Virus record (IMG/VR): IMGVR_UViG_3300029037_000169
Reading direction: 5' to 3' (one strand)
Source of the DNA: a virus
Length of the DNA: 64,000 bases
The notes under the pieces are model-generated. The model was not told where the DNA came from. It saw only the letters and a program-made list of their open reading frames with translations, and made no database searches. The translations under genes and the position numbers were made by a program. Below, one piece after another: positions 8,615 to 16,828 of this stretch. Position 1 is the stretch's first letter. The number at the start of each line of letters is the position of its first letter.

Positions 8615-9250
8615 ATGAAGACATTCGAGGAATTAAAGAAGGATCTGCTTGAACGGGCTAAAAAACATAACGCTTGTCAAGATGGATACAGGATGGGGTT
8701 AAACGCAAAAAGCAAACAAGATTTGCTGAAAGCAATAACCAATAATTGGTATTGGGTCTTGAGTGCATCCAAGATGATTGACGCAAATTACCTAGAAAAT
8801 AACTTTTCTGAAGAGGAATTAGCCGAAGCCGGTATTTACACAAGAAAAGAACACACCTCTAATGCTAAATCATTTGCTTGCGGCTCTGCCACGGTCGAGG
8901 CTTACGGCTCTGCCACGGTCGAGGCTTACGGCTCTGCCACGGTCGAGGCTTACGACTCTGCCACGGTCAAGGCTTACAACTCTGCCAAGGTCGAGGCTTA
9001 CGGCTCTGCCACGGTCAAGGCTTACGACTCTGCCACGGTCGAGGCTTACGACTCTGCCACGGTCGAGGCTTGCGACTCTGCCAAGGTCGAGGCTTACGGC
9101 TCTGCCACGGTCAAGGCTTACGATAACTCATATGTTGAGGATTGCACAGGGAACATAAATACAGTTTCCGATCATGGAATAATCAAAGATTACTACAATC
9201 ATAAGATATATATAAAGAAAGGAAAATTCGAGATTATTGAGATCGAATAA
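8615..9250 (+). CDS. protein with eleven tandem 8-aa repeats (G/D-S-A-T/K-V-E/K-A-Y)
   Basis: 24-bp DNA unit GGCTCTGCCACGGTCGAGGCTTAC x11 in frame; globular N-terminal 90 aa. Confidence 0.55.
   Translation: MKTFEELKKDLLERAKKHNACQDGYRMGLNAKSKQDLLKAITNNWYWVLSASKMIDANYLENNFSEEELAEAGIYTRKEHTSNAKSFACGSATVEAYGSATVEAYGSATVEAYDSATVKAYNSAKVEAYGSATVKAYDSATVEAYDSATVEACDSAKVEAYGSATVKAYDNSYVEDCTGNINTVSDHGIIKDYYNHKIYIKKGKFEIIEIE
8881..9144 (+). repeat. 24-bp tandem repeat array (x11) inside CDS 8615..9250
   Basis: Direct reading of sequence; all three frames open across it. Confidence 0.9.
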
Positions 9251-9257
9251 ATTCAAT

Positions 9258-9322
9258 GCCTTAGCTTATCGGTAGAGCGCCCCTAACATGGGGATGGCCG
9301 GGTTCGACTCCCGGAGGCCCAC
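9258..9322 (+). pseudogene. degenerate tRNA-like pseudogene
   Basis: Good D arm TAGCTTATCGGTAGAGCG and T arm CCGGGTTCGACTCCCGG, but 6-nt anticodon loop and only 4 bp of acceptor pairing. Confidence 0.45.
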
Positions 9323-9574
9323 AAATCAAGATATATGAGAGACATCTACATCAAAGACCCCGACGGAGATTACGAGTACGACGGGGAGGAAGACAACGAG
9401 GAATATGAGGAGAGCATGGAGGAACTTAGGTTCCTATGTGATTCATATAATTGGTAACATCCCGCCCTTACGAGGTGCAACCCCGACCCAGACCGGCAAC
9501 CGATATCCTAGACAAGTGGTAGGCCATGACGATATCATTGGCCCGGTGGAAAGGGACACGGTAATAAGGGCAGG

Positions 9575-9615
9575 GCGGCCGATGGTCTTAGTCCGGGTTC
9601 GACTCCCGGAGGCTG
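9575..9615 (+). pseudogene. tRNA 3'-fragment (T arm + partial acceptor)
   Basis: GATGGTCTTAGTCCGGGTTCGACTCCCGGAGGC repeats the 3' part of 9258..9322. Confidence 0.45.
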
Positions 9616-9637
9616 ACGAATTTAAATACAAGACAAC

Positions 9638-10300
9638 ATGGACAAATCAGAAGAGATTGACAAATTAGCCATAGCGTTGGCCAAGTTCCAAGGGTCGCTA
9701 GAGCAACCAAGCCTCAATTCAGAGGTCAAGGTAAAGACTAAAACTGGACTAGAGTACAAGTTTAAGTACGCGGACCTATCCGAATGCAAAAGGGCGGCGA
9801 AACAACCATTAGCCGATAACGAGCTTGCTGTATGTCAGCTAATAGAGGATGATTACTCTATCCGGACCATACTGCTTCATTCCTCCGGCCAATGGATATC
9901 GTCCAAGGTAAGGATGCCATCCAATACGGCGGACGCTCAATCCATAGGATCGGCCATCACGTACGCCAAGAGATACGCCTTTTGCGCCATCCTTGGCATC
10001 GTGGCCGACGATGACGAGGACGCTAACATAGCGAACGGTAATACCGCCCAAAAGGAGCTGCCTAAAAAAACGGCAAGCTCAAACCAGAAGAAAGAGCTTA
10101 CGAGAGATCATATAAACAACGAGAGCGCCATGAAATCCATATCGGAGTGGATATACAAGAACGAGAAGAAGGCCAAGGAATCCAACCAGCCCTTCTCCGT
10201 GGAGAGCCTTATAAACAAGGCTTACATCGCCGGAAAGGTTGAGATGGAATCCATTATCGAGATATACAACAACTATAAAATAAACAACAACCTGTCATGA
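9638..10300 (+). CDS. erf: Erf-family single-strand annealing protein (recombinase)
   Basis: ITYAKRYAFCAILGIVADDDED matches P22 Erf core SSYARKYCLNGLFGIDD. Confidence 0.75.
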   Translation: MDKSEEIDKLAIALAKFQGSLEQPSLNSEVKVKTKTGLEYKFKYADLSECKRAAKQPLADNELAVCQLIEDDYSIRTILLHSSGQWISSKVRMPSNTADAQSIGSAITYAKRYAFCAILGIVADDDEDANIANGNTAQKELPKKTASSNQKKELTRDHINNESAMKSISEWIYKNEKKAKESNQPFSVESLINKAYIAGKVEMESIIEIYNNYKINNNLS

Positions 10301-10776
10301 GCAAAGAACTAGAGCTAAGCGGCAAGACCCCGCTAACGAGAAGCGAGATCGAGGCCTTATCCATAGACCTTTTGAACCCGGTACTGGAAGGGGAGGTAGA
10401 CCCCGTATCACACGTCATCAAGTTAAAGGCGATGCAAGAGACCATCAAGAGGACGCTGGACGATGACCGGATGAAGGACGCTGTCCTTTCCGAGATCGAG
10501 AAATACGGGAAGGAGCGCTCTTGGAACGGGGCCACGGTCAAGATGAAGGAGGTAGGCGTATCCTACGACCACTCCAATTGCAACGACCCGGTCTACGCTA
10601 GGTTGATCGAGGAAAGGACGATTCTCGATGCCAAGATAAAAGAACGGGAGGCGTTTCTGAAAACGGTGCCGGACAATACCACGGTCGTTGATGACGAGAC
10701 CGGGGAGATATACACGATCCATCCGGCGATAAGGATAGCCAAGATGTCATACTCTATAACATTCAACAAAAAATAA
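10297..10776 (+). CDS. hypothetical protein, translationally coupled to erf
   Basis: ATGA overlap with erf stop. Confidence 0.45.
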   Translation: MSKELELSGKTPLTRSEIEALSIDLLNPVLEGEVDPVSHVIKLKAMQETIKRTLDDDRMKDAVLSEIEKYGKERSWNGATVKMKEVGVSYDHSNCNDPVYARLIEERTILDAKIKEREAFLKTVPDNTTVVDDETGEIYTIHPAIRIAKMSYSITFNKK

Positions 10777-10872
10777 TCCACGCGTGCCGTGGCTACGGGA
10801 CGGTGGTTATCCCCGCCGTAGCGAATAACCGACCGCCCCGCTTATAAATCTAAAATTTAAAATCATAACATT

Positions 10873-11181
10873 ATGGCAAATTTATACGGCTCAATCTGCT
10901 TGAGCGACATACCGAAGGAGTTGATGAAAAAAGTAATGACGGCCAAGGGGGAGAAGATCTTCCTCAATATCTCGATCGGGGAGAAAAAAGAGCCTGTCAC
11001 GTTCGACAACCGCACCTATACGCATTATGTGTCTTGCGCCCCAAGGAAAGAGGAACGAAAGGAAGGCGTTTATTATGGCATAGGTGACTTGATGGAATCC
11101 ACGTTCAAGAGCAACATCCCCTCACCGGAGGATATCAACAACGCCCCATCGGTTGGAGAAGACGATGGATTGCCGTTCTGA
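10873..11181 (+). CDS. hypothetical protein
   Basis: ORF only. Confidence 0.4.
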   Translation: MANLYGSICLSDIPKELMKKVMTAKGEKIFLNISIGEKKEPVTFDNRTYTHYVSCAPRKEERKEGVYYGIGDLMESTFKSNIPSPEDINNAPSVGEDDGLPF

Positions 11182-11183
11182 CC

Positions 11184-11618
11184 ATGGAACTATACTTGCT
11201 CAACACCGCCAGCGGATTGAGGCCATGCTATGATTCCGACTATGACGAGAAGAAAAAGCTCAAGCTAGGCAAGATATACAAGGCCAAGATAACGCTGGCA
11301 CGGAACATAGATTTCCATAGGAAGTATTTCGCCTTGATAAATTGCGCATGGTCTTACCAGAACGAGAAGACCACGGCGCATTTCAAGGAGAGCGTGGAGT
11401 GCTTCCGGAAGACTGTAGAGATCGCCGCCGGGCATTGCGATACGGCCTACAGCATATCCCGAAAGGAATGGATAGAGATCCCGAAGTCGATAGCCTTCGA
11501 CAAGATGGACGAGGCCGAGTTCATGGATCTCTACGAACGTGTCAAGGACGTGCTTTTCTCGGTATTCCTACGGGACATATCCGAATACGATTTTATGAGA
11601 AACCTCTCAAATTTCTAA
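11184..11618 (+). CDS. hypothetical phage protein
   Basis: ORF, tight spacing. Confidence 0.4.
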   Translation: MELYLLNTASGLRPCYDSDYDEKKKLKLGKIYKAKITLARNIDFHRKYFALINCAWSYQNEKTTAHFKESVECFRKTVEIAAGHCDTAYSISRKEWIEIPKSIAFDKMDEAEFMDLYERVKDVLFSVFLRDISEYDFMRNLSNF

Positions 11619-11620
11619 TC

Positions 11621-11794
11621 ATGAGAAAAAGTGACAGGCCTCCAAATTACTTAATAGAAAAGATCGTTAGGCATGCGAACATTATTATTACCGCTCCTTA
11701 TGGCAGCGTCAAATACATGGATGCGGCCAGACTCCTTAAAAAGGAGGTCAAGAAGCTGGAAACCTATAAGAGATACGATAATGAGAGATCTTAA
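11621..11794 (+). CDS. hypothetical small protein
   Basis: ORF only. Confidence 0.3.
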   Translation: MRKSDRPPNYLIEKIVRHANIIITAPYGSVKYMDAARLLKKEVKKLETYKRYDNERS

Positions 11795-11978
11795 ATACTG
11801 CCTCAATGAGGATTGCTGTAAAAGACATTGCCTTTGCCATCAACGGCAAAAGCATTGGAAAGACCCGTCTAAAAAAGATGGGGAAACTACAAGGGCTTCG
11901 GCCCTATTTGACGGAAACACCCCTTGCGAGGGGTATGTCCCACAGTTTGAAAGAAAGAAATACAACATAAACTATTAG
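11781..11978 (+). CDS. Cys-rich small protein
   Basis: CLNEDCCKRHCLCH motif. Confidence 0.3.
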   Translation: MRDLKYCLNEDCCKRHCLCHQRQKHWKDPSKKDGETTRASALFDGNTPCEGYVPQFERKKYNINY

Positions 11979-11982
11979 CGAC

Positions 11983-12708
11983 ATGCACAACTATTTTGAA
12001 TGTAAGGTCTCCTACGAGAAGATGTTGGAGAACGGTATGCAAAAGAAAGTAACGGAACCTTATTTAGTAGATGCCCTGTCTTTTACGGAAGCGGAAGCTC
12101 GCATCATCGAGGAGATCCGCCCCTTCATCACGGGTGAATTCACGGTAACAGACATCAAACGAGCTCGTTTATCCGAGTTGTTCTTCAACGAAAACGGTGA
12201 CCGGTTCTATAAGATCAAGGTTTATTTCATCACGCTGGACGAGAAGAGCGGGTCTGAGAAGAAAACAGCCGCTACCATGTTAGCCCAAGCCTCTAATCTA
12301 AAAGAGGCCATCGCCGTATTGGAAGACGGCATGAAGGGTACATTGGCGGATTATACCATCGCCTCGGTAACGGAGACAATGATCATGGACGTGTTCCCGT
12401 TCAACGCGGATGTCAACAAGAGAGTCGTTGACATAGACAAAGAAGAGATAGAGAGATCATTGTCCGACTCCGGCAAGTCCATCGAGGACAAGATGATAGA
12501 ATGTAAGGAGATCATAACCCGTGATCCCAAAGAAGGGGACGGGGATCTTATAACAAGGACGCAATCCTTCATCAGGCAAAAGGCCGGGCATGACAAGGGC
12601 AAGTTCAAGGAGGCGGCGATAGAGATAGCCTTGCTACAAAAATTGCCAGCTTCCCAAGTATGGTTCATGGGATGCGGGCAACTCTTAATTGAAGAGCTAG
12701 AAGTTTAA
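11983..12708 (+). CDS. conserved hypothetical protein (DUF4494-like, Bacteroidales phage-associated)
   Basis: N-terminal YFECKVSYEKMLENGMQKKVTEPYLVDALSFTEAEARIIEE from memory of a recurring family; not verifiable here. Confidence 0.45.
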   Translation: MHNYFECKVSYEKMLENGMQKKVTEPYLVDALSFTEAEARIIEEIRPFITGEFTVTDIKRARLSELFFNENGDRFYKIKVYFITLDEKSGSEKKTAATMLAQASNLKEAIAVLEDGMKGTLADYTIASVTETMIMDVFPFNADVNKRVVDIDKEEIERSLSDSGKSIEDKMIECKEIITRDPKEGDGDLITRTQSFIRQKAGHDKGKFKEAAIEIALLQKLPASQVWFMGCGQLLIEELEV

Positions 12709-12722
12709 TAAATAAAAAGATC

Positions 12723-12902
12723 ATGAAGAAATTTATCAACAAACACTGGATATTGATATTGGCCATAGCCTTTATTCCGGCAGGGAACAGAGTTTTTAAC
12801 CATGTTGACGCATGGCTAGGAATAGTCATTATGTTAACTAGTTCATTATTTATAATTTACAAACTATTTAATTTTATCAAGAATGAAAAGGACAAGTTTT
12901 AA
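12723..12902 (+). CDS. small membrane protein (59 aa), overlaps start of SPFH gene
   Basis: Two hydrophobic segments; 20-nt overlap with next gene. Confidence 0.35.
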   Translation: MKKFINKHWILILAIAFIPAGNRVFNHVDAWLGIVIMLTSSLFIIYKLFNFIKNEKDKF

Positions 12903-13695
12903 GTTTTTTACTATAGCGATAATCGCTATGGTATTTTTATCCTCTTGTGAACGTGTAGCACCTAATTACGCTGGGGTATTGATGGAAAATTATGGGAAAC
13001 AAGGCAAGGAGGATTTCAAGGTCGTATCGGGTAAGGTATCCACTTGGGAATGGGGGACGGAATTATTCCAAGTCCCATTATTTGATCAAAGAGGTGAGTT
13101 TGCGAGCCCTGTTACGTTAAAAGCCGCAGATAATACGGAATTTAACGCACGCCCCACTTACTCATACAAGGTTATCAAGAACAGGGCCATAGACGTTGTT
13201 TTCGACAACAAACACATAGACAAGGCCGATACGGAATCAGGCAAAGACGGTTTCATGCAATCATTGGAGGATAATATACTTGAGCCTCGCATCTATGACT
13301 TGATCAAGGAAGAGAGTCGTAAACATAAGACAGACAGCTTAATGGCGGATGGAGGATCGCTTCTTTTTGAGAAACGACTTGAGCAGATAGTAGATAAGGA
13401 ATTCGAGAAAAGAGGCCTTCAATTACTCACATTCTCCGCCCAGCTTGAGTTTTCCAAGGCGGTACGTGAAAAAATAGACAGCAGGAATGAGGTTAACACC
13501 AATATATCGGTTTTAGACCAGCAGATAGCGGAGCAACGGAAACGTAACGAGTTGGAGCAATTGAAAACGGAACAAGCGTTAATCACCTCGAGAGGATTGA
13601 CTAAAGAAATTCTTTATAAGCAGTTTATCGACAAATGGGATGGTCGTACCCCCATTTATGGAGCGATACCCGATTTAATAAAGATTCAGAACTAA
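12883..13695 (+). CDS. SPFH/band-7 (prohibitin/stomatin-like) domain lipoprotein
   Basis: Signal peptide + LSSC lipobox; SPFH-like core followed by long coiled-coil. Confidence 0.55.
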   Translation: MKRTSFKFFTIAIIAMVFLSSCERVAPNYAGVLMENYGKQGKEDFKVVSGKVSTWEWGTELFQVPLFDQRGEFASPVTLKAADNTEFNARPTYSYKVIKNRAIDVVFDNKHIDKADTESGKDGFMQSLEDNILEPRIYDLIKEESRKHKTDSLMADGGSLLFEKRLEQIVDKEFEKRGLQLLTFSAQLEFSKAVREKIDSRNEVNTNISVLDQQIAEQRKRNELEQLKTEQALITSRGLTKEILYKQFIDKWDGRTPIYGAIPDLIKIQN

Positions 13696-13751
13696 GGATA
13701 TTAATATTAGAGTGTGTTTTTCATGGTATTAGATTTGGGTTAGAATGATTA

Positions 13752-13780
13752 TCCCCGCCGTCCGTGAGGATATGCGGGGA
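13752..13780 (+). ncRNA. hairpin with conserved loop CGTCCGTGAGGATAT (stem TCCCCGC/GCGGGGA)
   Basis: Covaries with 8181..8207. Confidence 0.45.
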
Positions 13781-13784
13781 TTTA

Positions 13785-13861
13785 GGTATCGTGGGTCTAA
13801 TGGTAAGACCACTCCGCCAAAAGACGGAGAGATGCAGATTCGAATCCTGCCGATACCACCA
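13785..13861 (+). tRNA. tRNA-like gene with encoded CCA and non-canonical 8-nt anticodon loop lacking U33
   Basis: Perfect 7-bp acceptor GGTATCG/CGATACC+A+CCA, D arm GGTC-TAATGGTAA-GACC, T loop TTCGAAT, but anticodon stem CTCCG/CGGAG encloses CCAAAAGA. Confidence 0.55.
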
Positions 13862-14045
13862 ACAACAAATAACAATCATGGATTTCGGTAACGACATTCC
13901 GGATTACGGTCCGGACGATTTTGACAATTACGATTATGAATGACATTTTTCAAAGCCTGTTATTATCCTTCGGGGTAACAACGTTCATATTCGCTATCCT
14001 AGCGATAATTTTTATTGTATTAATCTTGATAGACGACAAGTACAA

Positions 14046-14396
14046 ATGAGGAATATCGAATCACAGACCCAGCAAGCTTGCGTCAGATACTTCCGTCTCC
14101 AATACCCGAGATACGCCGGATGCTTCTTTAGCGTCCCGAACGGAGGACGGAGGGACACGGTAACCGGGGCGATACTGAAAGCGGAAGGGGCATTGGCCGG
14201 GGTCGCCGATCTGTTCCTGTCAGTCCCGAATAACGTCCATCACGGTCTGTACGTGGAAATGAAGACAAGAAAAGGCCGGCAACAGGACAGCCAGAAGGCA
14301 TTCCAGAAGGCGGTAGAGGCTCAAGGATACAGATATGAGATATGCCGATCGCTGGACGATTTCATCGCGCTTATAAAAGACTACTTGAATGGCTAA
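14046..14396 (+). CDS. VRR-NUC domain nuclease (PD-(D/E)xK)
   Basis: ADLFLSVPN...YVEMKTRKG catalytic D..E.K arrangement. Confidence 0.65.
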   Translation: MRNIESQTQQACVRYFRLQYPRYAGCFFSVPNGGRRDTVTGAILKAEGALAGVADLFLSVPNNVHHGLYVEMKTRKGRQQDSQKAFQKAVEAQGYRYEICRSLDDFIALIKDYLNG

Positions 14397-14541
14397 GAAA
14401 CCTACCAAGCAGCCCGAGCGTATCAGATGCGCCGATTGCGTGCACGGCAAGCCTCACAAGGGTCTGGCCGTATGGTGCGAGATACTGAACACCGGAAGGG
14501 TAGCGAACTCCTTCCGGTATTGTGACAACTATAAACGATAA
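14389..14541 (+). CDS. small zinc-finger-like protein (50 aa)
   Basis: CADCVHGKPH...C...C; overlaps VRR-NUC stop. Confidence 0.3.
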   Translation: MAKKPTKQPERIRCADCVHGKPHKGLAVWCEILNTGRVANSFRYCDNYKR

Positions 14542-14546
14542 CTTAT

Positions 14547-14735
14547 ATGAGAACGATCAAAGCGAACACGAAGGCAAACGGGGATATACTCCCGGAGCCT
14601 CAATTCAAGAGGATACCCGTAAGGGTTGACAAGAACACGATCATCCTCGTAAGGGAGGGGTTGAACGTGGAAGAGCATCTGAAAAGATTCAAGGACAAGG
14701 ATAACACGCCTCCGGGATATATCCCATGGTTCTAA
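14547..14735 (+). CDS. hypothetical small protein
   Basis: ORF only. Confidence 0.3.
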   Translation: MRTIKANTKANGDILPEPQFKRIPVRVDKNTIILVREGLNVEEHLKRFKDKDNTPPGYIPWF

Positions 14736-14759
14736 AAAAAACTTCAATTTGTTTGGCAT

Positions 14760-14975
14760 TTTTAATTTGAGTTGTATCTTTGCGGTGATTCAAGACCAAG
14801 GAATCACTACATAGTAAACTTGTATGCGGCATTTTTTATGTCGTTACTACAGCTATACCTGCAAAGATATAAGCCGTTGGTTTCCCTGTTGGCTGCATCA
14901 GTTTATCTAATGTAGTGTTCCTTGGTCGGAGTTGGGAGCCAGCGGCTTTCTTTATATAACTCAAATTTCATCAAA
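14760..14975. promoter_or_regulatory. regulatory region with two divergent Bacteroidetes-type TAnnTTTG (-7) elements and three copies of GACCAAGGAA(T/C)CAC
   Basis: TATCTTTGC at 14773 (+) and its complement at 14858 (-); motif at 14801 (+), 14907 (inverted), 14964 (+). Confidence 0.45.
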
Positions 14976-15206
14976 ATGACCAAGGAACATGAAATTGCGA
15001 GTGTAACGAACAACAGTAATTGCACAACCACGTCAGCTCACGAAACGAGCATCTTCTCATGGCGCACAATCGCCAAGCTATTAACCTTCATATCATCCGG
15101 ATTGCTCGAATGCGATAACCGGGATGATGTTATAGGCTATGTAAAGGTTCTCATCTTATTAATGACAGCTTTCATATTAGCAGGAATGGAAGGAGGTGCG
15201 TTATGA
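14976..15206 (+). CDS. small C-terminal-TM protein, paralogous to 63139..63342
   Basis: ~80% DNA identity over ~150 bp to the flank gene; shared C-terminus SWRxIAKLL...LLECDNRxDV.GYVKVLILLM.AFILAG.EGG. Confidence 0.45.
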   Translation: MTKEHEIASVTNNSNCTTTSAHETSIFSWRTIAKLLTFISSGLLECDNRDDVIGYVKVLILLMTAFILAGMEGGAL

Positions 15207-15460
15207 ATACGCTTACCCAACGTCAGCAAACCATCCGTATCAACCGCCTATCCAAGGAGAACGACCAGCTCGCCAAGGAACTTGAGCACGTGAAGAACCA
15301 ACTCAAATGGTCACGCATCACGTCCTCGCAAGAGACGGAGCTAAAGAACTCGTGTTTCTTCTTCATGGTGTCCAAGGGGATATTCACCGAATGGCACGAG
15401 TGGCACGACAGGAGGATAACCGAGAGGTTGATGGACGAGATCAAGAGGACTATCAAATAG
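15203..15460 (+). CDS. hypothetical coiled-coil protein
   Basis: ATGA overlap. Confidence 0.4.
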   Translation: MNTLTQRQQTIRINRLSKENDQLAKELEHVKNQLKWSRITSSQETELKNSCFFFMVSKGIFTEWHEWHDRRITERLMDEIKRTIK

Positions 15461-15732
15461 CCCTACCCTACTCACGTATTAAGATTTTAAAAGCCCCGGT
15501 TCCGACCGGGGAGTATATAGTACACTTTAAAATTAAGCAATCATGGACATAAAGAGAATGTCAAACAAGGATCTCAAATATGGCATAGACCGATGCAACG
15601 CAAGGTTGGCCGGGATAATGCCAATGGGATACATGGACAAGGAGCGATGCCTTAAGGCGTTGGAGCAATATAGGGAGGAATTGTATAATAGAGGAATAAT
15701 ATATTGACTAATAATATAAAACATATAGTGAC

Positions 15733-15936
15733 ATGAGTACATTTATGAAATTCATATCAGAATCTAAGCCTTGTGTAGCATTAGAGGTAAGCCCATTAAG
15801 CGAATCTGATGAGTGCATAAGTTTTTTCATATCTGAATATTCGGACTACATGACCAAAAGCGTAGAAATAAGTAAGGATGATATTAGAAGATTGATAAAG
15901 TTCCTAAAAGAGGAATTGGAAAATGCCGACAACTGA
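15733..15936 (+). CDS. hypothetical small acidic protein
   Basis: ORF only. Confidence 0.3.
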   Translation: MSTFMKFISESKPCVALEVSPLSESDECISFFISEYSDYMTKSVEISKDDIRRLIKFLKEELENADN

Positions 15937-16828
15937 TATGGATAAAGGATTTATCATGTTATCCCGTAAATTATTTTCTCACAGAATATGGAAAGCATCC
16001 CGGACTTTTAGCGAGTGCGAAGCGTGGATAGACTTAATACAGTCAGCACGATTTGAGGCAACGCAGCTTAAGGCTAGTATCGGAGGTAGAGAAATAACAT
16101 ACGGAAGAGGACAATATCCAGCATCCATAAGTTTTCTTTCCAAAAAATGGAAATGGGACTCAGAGAAAAAGGTCCGAAATTTCTTGGACATGCTTAAAAG
16201 GGACGGAATGATAACAACAGACGCATCCCAAGGCATGAATGTGATAACTCTATGCAATTATGATTTATACAACCCTATAAATATAGACAAGGGCGAGGAT
16301 AAGGGCAAGGGTAATGGCATAGACATAGAACAAGAAATCAAGGACTTAAAGCTTTCTTTGGGCGAGCTAAGGGCAAGCCTAGGGGCAAGTGACGAAAATA
16401 AAGGGCAAGGTAAGGGCAAGAATAATAATAAAGATAATAATAATATACCCCCTACCCCCAAATCGGGAGGTGCCGTCACTTCCGTTCCGGACACGGGCGA
16501 TAACCCTGAGACAGAAAAGGAGAAAACATGGAAAGATGATTTCAGCATCTATTTGGATTTAGTCCGTAGCGCATATAAGAGCATATGCGACGATCCAAAG
16601 ATCATGGAGACTCAACAATCCTATTATCCCGGCGTAAACATAAAACTATCCCTAGAGAAGGCTTGCACAAATTTCTGGGCAACAGACGCAGGATGGAAGC
16701 ACAAGAAAAAAAGCAGGGCCAAGGAGATTGACATGAGAATGACATTGATTAACGCAATAGATAAAAACAAGGTTTATTATGGCAAGAACGAACACCGCAC
16801 AGATCTCACATACATCGTCCCCGATTGA
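15923..16828 (+). CDS. putative replication initiation / helicase-loading protein
   Basis: Sits immediately upstream of and overlapping dnaB; low-complexity K/G/N linker. Confidence 0.4.
   Translation: MPTTDMDKGFIMLSRKLFSHRIWKASRTFSECEAWIDLIQSARFEATQLKASIGGREITYGRGQYPASISFLSKKWKWDSEKKVRNFLDMLKRDGMITTDASQGMNVITLCNYDLYNPINIDKGEDKGKGNGIDIEQEIKDLKLSLGELRASLGASDENKGQGKGKNNNKDNNNIPPTPKSGGAVTSVPDTGDNPETEKEKTWKDDFSIYLDLVRSAYKSICDDPKIMETQQSYYPGVNIKLSLEKACTNFWATDAGWKHKKKSRAKEIDMRMTLINAIDKNKVYYGKNEHRTDLTYIVPD

Noticed and set aside
8881-9144. Possible CRISPR array
   Set aside because: The repeats are directly tandem with no spacers and are in frame in a CDS.
8862-9158. Alternative-frame ORFs 8862..9158 and 8878..9126 (LPRSRLTA / RLCHGRGL repeats)
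   Set aside because: They are the other two reading frames through the 24-bp tandem repeat; the frame with a proper start and a globular N-domain is 8615..9250.
9258-9322. Functional phage tRNA
   Set aside because: It has a 6-nt anticodon loop and only 4 paired acceptor positions, so it is treated as a pseudogene.
10794-10824. Third member of the conserved-loop hairpin family
   Set aside because: It shares only the TTATCCCCGCCGT arm; the loop differs and the hairpin uses a different stem (GCTACGG/CCGTAGC), so it was not grouped as the same element.
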